Shown one piece after another: positions 45,066 through 56,331 of a stretch of 64,000 bases of DNA. Source of the stretch: Myxococcota bacterium (lineage in GTDB: Bacteria > Myxococcota_A > UBA796 > CAJQPC01). Numbering within the stretch: the stretch's first letter is position 1; the number at the start of each line of letters is the position of its first letter. The position numbers and the translations under genes were made by a program. The stretch is from positions 3,896-67,895 of the forward strand of contig JAKLKD010000013.1 of assembly GCA_023150845.1 (NCBI GenBank), in the 5' to 3' direction. The notes beneath the pieces are model-generated. The model saw only the letters and a list, made by a program, of their open reading frames with translations, did not search any database and had not been told where the DNA came from.

Positions 45066-45863
45066 ATGACCAGCTTCCCTACGCTCCTTCGCCGCTGGCG
45101 CAGCGCCCGCGCCGCGACCCAGGCCCGGCTCGCCGCCGACGCCGAGATCTCCACCCGGCACCTGAGCTTCTTAGAGGCGGGCAAGGCCCGGCCCAGCCGC
45201 CAGATGGTGCTCTTGCTCTCCAGCGCCTTGGACCTGGAGCTGCGCGACCGCAACGCCATGCTGCTCAGCGCGGGCTTCGCGCCGATCTACAGCGAGACGC
45301 CCCTGGACGACCAGGCGATGAGCCCCGTGCGCCGGGCGATGGCCCTCGTGCTGCAGCAGCAGGAGCCCTACGGGGCGATCGCGGTGAACCGGCGCTGGGA
45401 GGTGATTCAGCTCAACCAGGGCGCGGCGCGGCTGTTCACGGCGTTTATGCCCGACCCCATCCCCGATCCCATCATCGCCCAGAACCTCGTCCACGCGATG
45501 TTCCACCCCGCGGGCCTGCGCCCGGTGATCGTCAACTGGGAGGAGCTGTGCTGGAGCTTCATCGCCCGGCTGCACCGGGAGACGGAGCTGGCCCCGGAGG
45601 GGCGAGGCCACGCCGCGCTCCTCGCCGAGCTCTCGCGGTACCCCGACGTGCCGAGCCGGGCGAGCCTCCGGGAGCTCGCGCCCCAGCCCTTCTTGACCGT
45701 TCACCTGCGGCGCCCGCCTTACGACCTGCGGCTGTTCACCGTGCTCACGGCGTTCGGCACGCCCCTGGACGTGACCGCCCAGGAGCTCACCATCGAGACC
45801 TTCTTCCCCGCGGACGAAGAGAGCGACGCCCAGCTCCGACAGATGGCGGAGGCGCTACACTGA
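45066..45863 (+). CDS. XRE-family HTH regulator with an MmyB-like ligand-binding domain
   Basis: The HTH reads LLRRWRSARAATQARLAADAEISTRHLSFLEAGKARPSRQMVLLLSSAL. It is followed by an MmyB-like C-terminal part (...PYGAIAVNRRWEVIQLNQGAARLF...). Confidence 0.7.
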   Translation: MTSFPTLLRRWRSARAATQARLAADAEISTRHLSFLEAGKARPSRQMVLLLSSALDLELRDRNAMLLSAGFAPIYSETPLDDQAMSPVRRAMALVLQQQEPYGAIAVNRRWEVIQLNQGAARLFTAFMPDPIPDPIIAQNLVHAMFHPAGLRPVIVNWEELCWSFIARLHRETELAPEGRGHAALLAELSRYPDVPSRASLRELAPQPFLTVHLRRPPYDLRLFTVLTAFGTPLDVTAQELTIETFFPADEESDAQLRQMAEALH

Positions 45864-45872
45864 GCGGCGGAG

Positions 45873-46421
45873 GTGCCTCTGTCCGCTCCGATGACCCTCA
45901 AGGACCGCGTGTTTGGCTGGCTCTCCGGGAGCTGGCGCCCGCCTTGGGCCCTGCCTGCGGCCGCCGTCGCCGCGCTCGGGCTCAGCGTCGCGCTCAACGG
46001 GATCGTCGTCGGGGTCTACGGCGTCGAGCCCGTCCCCGACCTGCTCCACCCCGCCACGCCGGAGACCCTCGTCGCCGCCCTGGACGCCTTGGGGCCGACG
46101 CTGCGCGCGGCGTACGTCAAGACGGCCTTCCTCGACGTGTTTTACCCCCTCGCGTATGGGGTCGCCATCTCCGGGGCCTTGGCCCGGCTGGCGCCCCCGG
46201 CCCTGCGCTGGCTGCCCTACCTGCTGCCGCTGACCGTCGCCGCGGACCTCACGGAGAACCTCTTTTTTGTCGGCCTCGCCGCTGAGGTCTGGCCCCGGGA
46301 CCCCGTCGTGCTGACCCTGGCCTGCGCGGCGAACGCGGTGAAGTGGCTCACCGCGGACGTCGCGATCCTGAGCATGGTCCTCCTCGGGCTCTGGCGCGCG
46401 GCGCGCTGGGCCCGGGGCTAA
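45873..46421 (+). CDS. hypothetical membrane protein
   Basis: The 182-aa product has 4-5 hydrophobic segments. I recognised no family. Confidence 0.45.
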   Translation: MPLSAPMTLKDRVFGWLSGSWRPPWALPAAAVAALGLSVALNGIVVGVYGVEPVPDLLHPATPETLVAALDALGPTLRAAYVKTAFLDVFYPLAYGVAISGALARLAPPALRWLPYLLPLTVAADLTENLFFVGLAAEVWPRDPVVLTLACAANAVKWLTADVAILSMVLLGLWRAARWARG

Positions 46422-48430
46422 CGCACCCAGAGCTCGATGGCGCCGACGCCGACGTCCTCGCTGTAGGTGAGCGAGGAGGCCTCCTCGTCGGCCATGAGGC
46501 GCACCTCGATGGCGTCGTCCGTCGAGGCGCTCAGGGTGCGCTGGAAGCTGTCCCCGGAGAAGGCCGGGGTGCTGTACCACTGGTAGCCCCAGGTCGTCGT
46601 GCTGGTGTTCCCGGTGTCGCAGGAGTAGCTCGCGCCGACGAAGCTCGGGGCGGCGTTCCCGCCGCGGTCGGGGCAGTCATAGGCGTAGCGGCCGTTGAGG
46701 GTCATGCCGACGGCGTAGGTCCAGATGTGGGTGCGGGCGCCGCTGACGCCGTGGGTGATGGAGATGCCGTCGACGTAGAGGTCCTCGACGGTGCGGCCGC
46801 TTGCGTACCAGAAGGCGTTCATGCTCGCGTACTGGTAGGCCGTGAGCGCGCCGCGCACCTCGCCGTAGGTGACGCCGAGGCTGTCAAACTCGGCGGCCGG
46901 GGCGCTCCCCCGGGCGGTGTAGCGGCGGCAGATCGCCAGGGTGCTGTCCTTCACCCAGGCGCCGGGGCAGGTGTCAACGCTGTAGTCCTCATCGGCGAGC
47001 TGGGTCCAGCCGCCGCCGTCCGTGGTCATGTCACACACCACGTCAAAGGGCGAGACGCCGACCCCGGCGCCGTCGGGGTCGATGGTGTAGACGCCGTCGC
47101 CCGTCGAGCGCCCGGCGTTGAGCACGGAGAGGCAGTCCACGCCCAGGGCGCAGGCGCCGTCGGACTCCGGGGTGACCGCGCCGTCGTCGTCGTCGCAGTC
47201 GTCGCCGCCGCAGGCCTCGTCGGAGTAGCCGTCGAGGTCGTCGTCGTTGTCGATGGCGCCGTCGCAGTCGTGGTCGAGGCCGTCACAGCCCAGGGCCGCG
47301 CCGGGGTAGACGTCGTCGGCGCCGTCCTCACAGTCCCCGCCCGCGGCGACGTAGAGGCTCGTGGGGGCCGCGCAGGCCATGAGCGCCGTGGCGTCTTGGC
47401 CGTAGCCGTCGCCGTCGAGGTCGGCGTACCAGGCGGTCTGCACGTCCTCGTCGATCTCGCCGTCACAGTCGTTGTCCACCTCGTCACAGACCTCGGCGGC
47501 GCCGGGGTAGGCGGAGTCGTCGCCGTCGTCGCAGTCTTCAGTGGTGGCGACGAAGCCGTCCGGGGCCACGCAGGCCTGCACCGCGAGGCGGGTGACGCCG
47601 ACACCGTCGCCGTCGCCATCGCCGTACCAGGTCTGGGCGTCGGCGGCGCTGGAGGGGTCCACCTCGCCGTCACAGTCGTTGTCGAGCTCATCGCAGAGCT
47701 CCAGCGCGTCGGGGTTCACCGCGCTGCGGCTGTCGTCGCAGTCGCCGTCGTCTTGGGTGTAGCCCTCGGGCGCCGCGCAGGCGTCGGTGTAAAAGTCGGG
47801 GTCGCCGAAGCCGTCGCCGTCTACGTCCTGGTGATAACGCTCGGCGTCTAAGGCGTCGGCGTCGACGCGCCCGTCGCAGTCGTTGTCGATCTCATCACAG
47901 ACCTCGGCGGCCAAGGGGTTCACCGCCCGCGCGCCGTCATCGCACTCCAGGCAGGCGGGGAAGCCGTCGGCGTCGTTGTCCTCAAAGCCTACGCTGCCGT
48001 CGCAGTTGTAGTCGTTGGGATCCGCGCAGTCGGTCTCCGTGGCGCCGGGGAAGAACGCGGCGTCCTCGTCGTCACAGTCGCCGTCTTGGGTGACCATGCT
48101 GTCGGGCAGCTCACAGGCCAAGGTGGGCGCCCCGGCGCCGTAGCCGTCCCCGTCGCCGTCGGTGTAGGCGGCGGTGGCGTCTACCGCGTCCTGATCCACC
48201 TCGCCGTCACAGTCGTTGTCGAGGCCGTCGCAGCGCTCCTCCACGCCGGGGTTCACCGCGGCGTCGTTGTCGTCGCAGTCCTCGTCGTCGGCGAAGCCGT
48301 CACCGTCCTCGTCGCTGAGCCCAGGCAAGAGGCCGGTCTCGGTGGCGGCGTCTTTGGTGTCGTCGCAGGCGTAGGCGAAGAGGGCGACGAGGGGGGCGAG
48401 CAGGCGAGCGGGGCGCAGCACGAGGGCCAT
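46418..48430 (-). CDS. lipoprotein with Cys-rich 'putative metal-binding motif' repeats and a C-terminal fibrinogen-like YCDxxxxGGGW domain
   Basis: The lipobox is LFAYAC. The repeats read CDD.DA.V.PGA.E.CD..DNDCDG.VD. The C-terminal part reads GVYTIDPDGAGVGVSPFDVVCDMTTDGGGWTQL. Confidence 0.75.
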   Translation of the reverse strand: MALVLRPARLLAPLVALFAYACDDTKDAATETGLLPGLSDEDGDGFADDEDCDDNDAAVNPGVEERCDGLDNDCDGEVDQDAVDATAAYTDGDGDGYGAGAPTLACELPDSMVTQDGDCDDEDAAFFPGATETDCADPNDYNCDGSVGFEDNDADGFPACLECDDGARAVNPLAAEVCDEIDNDCDGRVDADALDAERYHQDVDGDGFGDPDFYTDACAAPEGYTQDDGDCDDSRSAVNPDALELCDELDNDCDGEVDPSSAADAQTWYGDGDGDGVGVTRLAVQACVAPDGFVATTEDCDDGDDSAYPGAAEVCDEVDNDCDGEIDEDVQTAWYADLDGDGYGQDATALMACAAPTSLYVAAGGDCEDGADDVYPGAALGCDGLDHDCDGAIDNDDDLDGYSDEACGGDDCDDDDGAVTPESDGACALGVDCLSVLNAGRSTGDGVYTIDPDGAGVGVSPFDVVCDMTTDGGGWTQLADEDYSVDTCPGAWVKDSTLAICRRYTARGSAPAAEFDSLGVTYGEVRGALTAYQYASMNAFWYASGRTVEDLYVDGISITHGVSGARTHIWTYAVGMTLNGRYAYDCPDRGGNAAPSFVGASYSCDTGNTSTTTWGYQWYSTPAFSGDSFQRTLSASTDDAIEVRLMADEEASSLTYSEDVGVGAIELWVR

Positions 48431-48497
48431 CCTGGCAGGGGTGAGCCCCCAGGATGGCCGAGGAACCGACCGTTGTAAAGCGTGTCCTAGGCGGCGC

Positions 48498-50576
48498 TCA
48501 ACGCAGGTAAGCCGGGTAGGACATCAGCGGGCTGCCGAACTTCTCCGGGGTCGCGTCGCCGCAGTCCCGGCACTGCACGTTCACCACGGGCACCTTGACG
48601 CTGTTGATCTCAAACAGCGTGGCCTTGGAGAGCGCGCCGCCCTCGCCGCCGTTCACCGCGCAGCCGTCGGAGGTCACCTTGATGTCGTAGGGGCTGTAGC
48701 TGGAGGTGCCGTAGGACGTCTCCGTGCCGTCGAAGAAGCGGAAGCCGAAGGAGTAGTCGTAGCCGCCGCCCGCGGTGTAGTAGTAGTGGATGACGTGCTC
48801 ACAGAGGCCGACGTAGGTCTGGTTGCCCTCGGAGGAGAGCGACTGAATCGCGGTGATCTGGGCGTCGGAGAGCTCCAGGGTGAAGTCCGAGCCCAAGAAG
48901 CGGTAACGGTCGCCCCCGGTGAACTGCTGCTGGAAGGTGAGGTCGGCGGAGTACTCCACGACCGTCCAGCCGCCGCCGTCGGTGGTCATGTCGCACTCGA
49001 CGTCAAAGGGGTCGAGGCCGACGCCGAAGCCGTCGGGGTCGATGGTGTAGATGCCGTCCCCGGCGCTGTAGCCGTTCGCGAGCACGTCGAGGCAGGTCGC
49101 CCCCAAGGCGCAGCCGCCGCCGAGCTCCGGCAAGACCACGGCGTCGGTGTCGTCGCAGTCGTCGCCGCCGCAGGTCGCGTCGGCGTACCCATCGCCGTCA
49201 GCGTCGTTGTCGACGGCGCCGTCACAGTCGTAGTCGCCGCCATCACAGCCCAAGCTGGCGCCGGGGAAAGCGTCGTCGTCGCCGTCGTCACAGTCGCCAT
49301 CGGCGGCGACGTAGTCGCTCGTGGGCGGGGTGCAGGCGTCGGTGGAGCGGCTGCCGCCGTACCCGTCGCCGTCTACGTCGAGGTACCAGGTGCTCTTGAC
49401 GCCCTCATCGACGCTGCCGTCGCAGTTGTTATCGACGCCGTCGCAGGTCTCTGAGGCGCCGGTCCAGGCGGCCTCCTCGGTGTCGTCACAGTCGCCGCTG
49501 TTGTCGACGTAGCCGTCCGGCGCGCTGCACGCGGTCGTCGAGCGTTTGGGGTTGCCGTAGCCGTCCTCGTCGCTGTCGAGGTAGTAGGTGCTCGTGAGGC
49601 CCTCATCGACGGCGCCGTCGCAGTTGTTGTCGACCTCATCACAGACCTCGGTGGCGCCGTCCCAGGCCAGAGCCTCCTTGTCGTTGCAGTCGCCGTCGTT
49701 CTCGACGGTGCCCGCGGGCTGCTCACAGCTCGCCTTGCCCGTGGCGGGGTCCCCGTAGCTGTCGCCGTCGCGGTCGGAGTAATAGGTCACGGCGTCGATG
49801 GGGTCGTCGTCCGCGGCGCCGTCACAGTCGTTGTCGACGCTGTCGCAGAGCTCATCGGCGCCGGGGTTGGTGGTCGCGGTCGCGTCGTCGCAGTCCCCGT
49901 CCTCGGCGGCGTAACCCTCCGGGGTGTCGCAGGACTCCTGGGCGAAGTCCGTGTCGCCGTAGCCGTCGGCGTCGGCGTCTTGGTACCAGGTCCCGGCGTC
50001 TACGGCGCCGACGTCGGCCTCGCCGTCACAGTTGTTGTCGACGTCATCGCAGATCTCCGTCGCCGAGGGGTTCACCGCCCGGCTGCCGTCGTCACACTCC
50101 TCACAGGCGGCGAAGCCGTCGCCGTCCGCGTCGGTGAGGCCGGAGGAGCCGTCACAGTTGTAGTCCGTGGGGTCGAGGCAGTCGTCCTCGGGGGCGTCGG
50201 GGTAGATCGTGGCGTCTTGGTCATCACAGTCGCCGAACGCGCTCGCGTAGCCCTCGGGGGCCTCGCAAGCGGTCTCGGTGTAGCTCTCGACGCCGTACCC
50301 GTCGCCGTCGGCGTCGGCGTAGAAGGTCGCCGCGTCGGTGGCGTCCTCGTCGGCGTCGCCGTCGCAGTCGTTGTCGAGGCCGTCGCAGGTCTCGGCGGCG
50401 CCGCTGTTCACCGCGGCGTTGGTGTCGTCACAGTCGTCCTCCCCGGTGAAGCCGTCGCCGTCCTCATCGACGGTCTGGGGCTCGGTATCGACGTTGGTGT
50501 CGATGACCACGTCCTTGTCGTCGGATCGACAGCCGAGGGCGAACAAGGTGAGGACGAAGAGAGCGGTCGTGCGCAT
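48498..50576 (-). CDS. paralogous lipoprotein with metal-binding-motif repeats and a fibrinogen-like YCDxxxxGGGW domain
   Basis: The lipobox is LFALGC. It has the same repeat type. The C-terminal part reads GIYTIDPDGFGVGLDPFDVECDMTTDGGGWTVV. Confidence 0.75.
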   Translation of the reverse strand: MRTTALFVLTLFALGCRSDDKDVVIDTNVDTEPQTVDEDGDGFTGEDDCDDTNAAVNSGAAETCDGLDNDCDGDADEDATDAATFYADADGDGYGVESYTETACEAPEGYASAFGDCDDQDATIYPDAPEDDCLDPTDYNCDGSSGLTDADGDGFAACEECDDGSRAVNPSATEICDDVDNNCDGEADVGAVDAGTWYQDADADGYGDTDFAQESCDTPEGYAAEDGDCDDATATTNPGADELCDSVDNDCDGAADDDPIDAVTYYSDRDGDSYGDPATGKASCEQPAGTVENDGDCNDKEALAWDGATEVCDEVDNNCDGAVDEGLTSTYYLDSDEDGYGNPKRSTTACSAPDGYVDNSGDCDDTEEAAWTGASETCDGVDNNCDGSVDEGVKSTWYLDVDGDGYGGSRSTDACTPPTSDYVAADGDCDDGDDDAFPGASLGCDGGDYDCDGAVDNDADGDGYADATCGGDDCDDTDAVVLPELGGGCALGATCLDVLANGYSAGDGIYTIDPDGFGVGLDPFDVECDMTTDGGGWTVVEYSADLTFQQQFTGGDRYRFLGSDFTLELSDAQITAIQSLSSEGNQTYVGLCEHVIHYYYTAGGGYDYSFGFRFFDGTETSYGTSSYSPYDIKVTSDGCAVNGGEGGALSKATLFEINSVKVPVVNVQCRDCGDATPEKFGSPLMSYPAYLR

Positions 50577-50639
50577 GGGGCCATCCTTGGCGTAGGGTGC
50601 TGAAGCTACGCTCAGGATGGCGCAAGGACCAGGGCTTGT

Positions 50640-51161
50640 CTACCCTGTAGACCACCAGACGGCGGCCCAGATGGTCAGCGAGATGAGCGCGGTCGGCGCC
50701 GTGATCTGGAGGGCCTGGGTGGCGGCGCGGGGGCGGCGATCGCGGAGGCTCCACCAGGTGACGAAGCCGATGAGCGGGCTCAGCGCGACGTTCCCGAGGC
50801 CCAAGAGCACCTGGGTCTCGCCGTCGAGGGGCTGGTCGAGGAAGAGGGGGTCGGGATCCTCCGGGGCGGCGGGCCTCGGGGCGGCGCGCCCGGCGGGGTA
50901 GAGGTTTCGTTCGGCGAGCTCCAGGAGCTCCGGCGGCGGGCGCAGCTCCTCCCCGGCGCCGATGCGCTCGGCGGCGGCGGTCATCTCGTCGTCGCTGAGG
51001 TGGTGGCGGCTCACGAGCCAGGCGTGGAGGCGCTCGTCCCCCTCCGGGCGGTGGCCGCAGGCCGGGCAGGAGCCCATGGCGCGGTCCTTAAACGAGCCGC
51101 AGCGCAGGCAGACCCCGCGGGCGGGGCGCAGGCTCGGCGGCTCGGGCCTCACCGGGCCCAC
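50640..51161 (-). CDS. zinc-ribbon protein with a C-terminal membrane anchor
   Basis: It has CLRCGS...CPACGH (CxxC-N13-CxxC) and two C-terminal hydrophobic helices. The GTG start overlaps the end of the upstream gene. Confidence 0.5.
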   Translation of the reverse strand: MGPVRPEPPSLRPARGVCLRCGSFKDRAMGSCPACGHRPEGDERLHAWLVSRHHLSDDEMTAAAERIGAGEELRPPPELLELAERNLYPAGRAAPRPAAPEDPDPLFLDQPLDGETQVLLGLGNVALSPLIGFVTWWSLRDRRPRAATQALQITAPTALISLTIWAAVWWSTG

Positions 51162-52062
51162 CGCAAGGCACGATCCGCGGCGGGGCTAGGCGGGCCGACG
51201 AGGAGGGTGGGCTCGGGGCTGCCGATCAAGAAGAGCTGCTCGACCCCTCCGGCGCCCTCGGCCTGGGCGCGCAGCCAGGTGAGCAGGGCGGCGGGGTCCG
51301 CGGCGAGGGCCTCGGGGCGGCGCAGCAGGAGGATCTCCGCGGGGTCCACGAGCAAGGCGGCGGCGAGGCCCACGGCGTCGATCGCGCCGGGACCGTGGGC
51401 CTCGATGGGGCAGAGCGTCGGGCCAAAGCCCGCCCAGAGGCGGTCGTTCTGGGCGATGAGGGCGAGCTCACCGAGAGGTCGAGCTCCAGGGGGCCACGGG
51501 CGCGGGCGCGGCCCCGGAGCGCGCGGAGCAAGGCGTCGAAGGCGGGGCTCTTGTCTTCTGCGGGGCGTAGGCTCAGCTCGCCGAGGTGCACGGAGAACAA
51601 GGCCGGGCTCACCGAGGCTAAGTCGGCGGAGAAGGCGTAGCCGACGCGCAGGGTGAGGCGGGCGTCCTCATCGGCGATGGCCGCGACGAGGCGGGGGTCA
51701 CGCGCGGCGAGCTCCCGCAGGAGGCCGAACAGCGGGGGATCCACGGAGAGCGTGAGGGTGATCTTGAGGGTCGCCTGGCCGTGGTGCGGGGCGAGGAGCG
51801 GCCGGAGGCGGTCGGGCTCGCCGAGGGTCACGGCGCTCGGGGCGCCCAAGGCGTCGGGCTCGACGACGGGGGCGAGGCCGAGGCGGGCGAAGGCGGCGCG
51901 GCAGACCTCGGCGTCTAAGGCGCCTAAGCCCAGCTCGATCGCCAAGGCCAGGGCCTCCTGGGCCCGGGGCGGCCCGCCGACGGTGACCACGCGGCCGAGC
52001 CCGGTGAGCGGCGTCGGGGCGAGCTCAGCGAAGCCCTCGGCGGTGACGGAGAGGATGACCAT
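51149..52062 (-). pseudogene. degenerate SMC/ABC-like ATPase-fold gene interrupted by a frameshift near 51471-51473
   Basis: The upstream frame (from ATG 52062) reads ...RGPLELDLSV and then turns Ser/Pro/Arg-rich. Hand translation of the other frame continues GELALIAQNDRLW...AALLVDPAEILLL... down to the stop at 51149. Adding one G would give DLSGELALIA. Confidence 0.5.
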
Positions 52063-52128
52063 ACGCGCCTCACTTTGTGGCAATGTAGCCCGCCGCGCTT
52101 CGGCGTCCTCGTCAGGCTATGATGCCCT

Positions 52129-52836
52129 ATGCTCTTCGCCGCCGTGTCCTCCGTCGCCCTCGGGCTGGTCACCCCCGCCCTCGCCGCTGATCCTGCCGCT
52201 GCGCCTCCCGCGCCCGCCGCCCCCGAGGCGCCCGCGGATCGCCACTACGTCCTCGGCGTAGACTGGGTGCCCGCCTCCCGGGCCGACCTCGTGTGGATCG
52301 CCGAGGACCAGCTCACGGGCACCCTCGCCGGGGAGTTCGACGGGGCCGTGCGCCCGGCGCTCTCGGCCTACGGCGGTCTCCAGGGCGACAAGACCGCCTG
52401 GCTCGTCTCCCTCGGCGCCGCGCGCTCCACCTCGGTGAGCTGGACCTTGGAGTCCCGGGAGACGACGGCGATGGGCGGGGTGCGCCCGGCGCTCGACATG
52501 CAGCGTTACCTCCTGCCCCGGCAGACCGGCGCGACGACGGCCTGGTGGGGCGTCGGCGTCTCCGGCGTCATCCCCATGGCGAGCGTACGCAGCGCCTCCT
52601 ACGGCGAACAAGAGGTCGAGGACGCCGCAGAGGAGGCCCGGGCCACCCGCAGCCGCATCGGCGGGGTCGGCGGCCGCGTGGGGCTCGGCGGCGAGGTGCT
52701 CCTGAGCCCGGGGATCACCCTCGGCGTGCGCACCCACCTCAACGCCCACCGGGGCCAGACCCTCAACGAGGACGCGCTGCGCGTGGCCACCTGGATCTGG
52801 GCCGACGCCGCGCTCCGGCTTCAGATCGAGCTGTAA
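52129..52836 (+). CDS. hypothetical secreted / outer-membrane beta-barrel-like protein
   Basis: It has a signal peptide (...LVTPALAADP), alternating beta-strand-like segments and a terminal ...LRLQIEL. Confidence 0.5.
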   Translation: MLFAAVSSVALGLVTPALAADPAAAPPAPAAPEAPADRHYVLGVDWVPASRADLVWIAEDQLTGTLAGEFDGAVRPALSAYGGLQGDKTAWLVSLGAARSTSVSWTLESRETTAMGGVRPALDMQRYLLPRQTGATTAWWGVGVSGVIPMASVRSASYGEQEVEDAAEEARATRSRIGGVGGRVGLGGEVLLSPGITLGVRTHLNAHRGQTLNEDALRVATWIWADAALRLQIEL

Positions 52837-53016
52837 AAAGATCACCCCCCTGCCAACGGTTGCCTCAGGGGAGGGGGTGGGTTACAACCGCCGCCCCTCG
52901 GAATCTTCGCTCAGGTGGCCCGACGAGCCCGCTCTCCTCACAGCTCTTGTGAGGGGTAAAGCCGAGCCCCACGCTGAGCTTGCCCAGCGAAGTCTGCCCC
53001 CCTCCACGAGCGCAGC

Positions 53017-53505
53017 ATGACCTTGGCTCTTCTGCTCATCGTCCCCGCGGCCCACGCCGCTAGCGGGATGTCCCTCACCCCCGACCCCTACCTCATCCTC
53101 ATCCAGCTCGTGCCCTTCTTGGCCACGATGGCGATGCTGAATGTGCTGCTCTTCAAGCCGATGTTGGCCTACCTTGAGGACCGGCATCAGGCGACGGTCG
53201 GCGCTAAGCAGCAGGCCGTGGCCCTGGTGCAGAGCGCCGAGCGCGCCGCCCAGGAGGTCGAGGCCCGGCTCAACGTCGCCCGCGGCGAGCTCGCCGACGT
53301 GCGCGCCACCCGCCGCAAGGCCGCCTTGACCGACCGCGAGGAGCGCATCGCCCAGGCGCGCAAAGAGAACGACAAGCGCCTGCACGACGCCGTTGAGGTG
53401 ATCTCCGGCGAGTCCGAGCTCGCCAGCCAAGAGCTGGAGCGCCTCTCCCGCATGATCGCGAACGACGCGGCGAGCAAGGTGCTCGGCCGCCCCATCTCGG
53501 CTTGA
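53017..53505 (+). CDS. F0F1 ATP synthase subunit b' (b-type paralog)
   Basis: It has a single N-terminal TM helix (LIQLVPFLATMAMLNVLLFKPM) and a long charged helix. It is the first gene of the atp block. Confidence 0.75.
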   Translation: MTLALLLIVPAAHAASGMSLTPDPYLILIQLVPFLATMAMLNVLLFKPMLAYLEDRHQATVGAKQQAVALVQSAERAAQEVEARLNVARGELADVRATRRKAALTDREERIAQARKENDKRLHDAVEVISGESELASQELERLSRMIANDAASKVLGRPISA

Positions 53506-53514
53506 GGAGGAACC

Positions 53515-54102
53515 ATGAACCGCCTCGCCAGCGCCCTCATCTGCTCGCTCCTGCTCCCCTCCGTGGCCCTCGCGGCCGGCGGTGAGCACGGCGGCGGCAT
53601 CCCCTTCGACAAGATCGCCCTGCACGCCGTCAACTTCGTCATCCTCGTCGGCGGCCTCTTCTTCGTCGCCCGCACGGCGATCAACGACGCCGTCCGCAAC
53701 CGCACCCTCGCCATCCGCGCCGAGCTCGATGACGCGGTGCGGGCGAAGGCCGAGGCCCAGGCCCAGTACGACGTGCTCAAGGCCCGCCTCGACGGCTTCG
53801 AGGCCGAGCTCGCCACCCTGCGCGCCGAGGGCGTCGCCGAGTCCGAGCGTGAGGCCCAGTACATCGCCGAGCGCACCGAGCGCGACGTCACCCTCCTCGC
53901 GAGCAACACCGAGCGCATCATCCGCGACGAGACGGCCCGGGCCCGGGTTCGCCTCCAGCAGGACGCCGCCGAGCTCTCCGTGCGCATCGCCGAGGAGCTG
54001 CTCCAGGCCCGCATGACCGGCGACGACCAGTCCCGTCTCGCCCGCGAGTTCCTCGACGTCGTCAACCAGGACGCGAACAAGGAGACCGTCGCCCATGGCT
54101 GA
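53515..54102 (+). CDS. atpF: F0F1 ATP synthase subunit b
   Basis: It has a TM segment (LHAVNFVILVGGLFFV) and a long coiled helix. It overlaps the atpH start. Confidence 0.8.
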   Translation: MNRLASALICSLLLPSVALAAGGEHGGGIPFDKIALHAVNFVILVGGLFFVARTAINDAVRNRTLAIRAELDDAVRAKAEAQAQYDVLKARLDGFEAELATLRAEGVAESEREAQYIAERTERDVTLLASNTERIIRDETARARVRLQQDAAELSVRIAEELLQARMTGDDQSRLAREFLDVVNQDANKETVAHG

Positions 54103-54664
54103 CATCACCACCGCCGAGCGTTACGCCCGGGCCCTCGTTGAGCTGGCCGCTGAAGAGGGCGCCTTGGAGGCCACCTCCTCCGACGTGCTCCGCGTCTACT
54201 CCTTGCTCACCGACCGCGAGAGCCCCCTGCTCCCCGCCTTGGCCCACCCCGGCTTCTCCCCCGAGGAGCGGATGGCGGTGCTCAACGAGGTGCTCAAGCT
54301 CCTCAACCTGCGGATCACCGTCGCCAACTTCCTCCGGGTCGTCCTGGAGAAGGGCCGCGCCGGGATGCTGCCGATGGTGCTCGACGCGTACCTTCGCCTC
54401 GCCGACGCCCAGGCGGGCCGGGTGCGGGCGAAGGTCACCACCGCGATGCCGCTCTCCGCGGCCCTCAAAGAGTCCGTGCGCCAGGCGCTCTCCGCGTCTG
54501 TGGGCAAGGACGTCATCATCACGGAGCGCATCGACGCCTCGATCCTCGGCGGCGTGATCGCCGAGGTTGAGGGCCGCGTCTTTGATGGCTCCGTCCGCTC
54601 TCGCCTCGACGCGCTCCGGCAAGAGCTCCTCTCCGCCAACCTCTCTCTCGGTGGCGAGGCCTGA
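54095..54664 (+). CDS. atpH: F0F1 ATP synthase subunit delta (OSCP)
   Basis: It reads ...AERYARALVELAAEEG...ILGGVIAEVEGRVFDGSVRSRL. Its position lies between b and alpha. Confidence 0.85.
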   Translation: MADITTAERYARALVELAAEEGALEATSSDVLRVYSLLTDRESPLLPALAHPGFSPEERMAVLNEVLKLLNLRITVANFLRVVLEKGRAGMLPMVLDAYLRLADAQAGRVRAKVTTAMPLSAALKESVRQALSASVGKDVIITERIDASILGGVIAEVEGRVFDGSVRSRLDALRQELLSANLSLGGEA

Positions 54665-54721
54665 GCCGCGAAGCGGCCGCCCGCCCGATCCCCTCTCTCC
54701 GACCTTCCTGGAGCCTCGCTC

Positions 54722-56296
<1,575 letters not shown>

Positions 56297-56331
56297 TCCT
56301 CCCCTCGGGACACTCGCTTTAGGAGCCCGCT

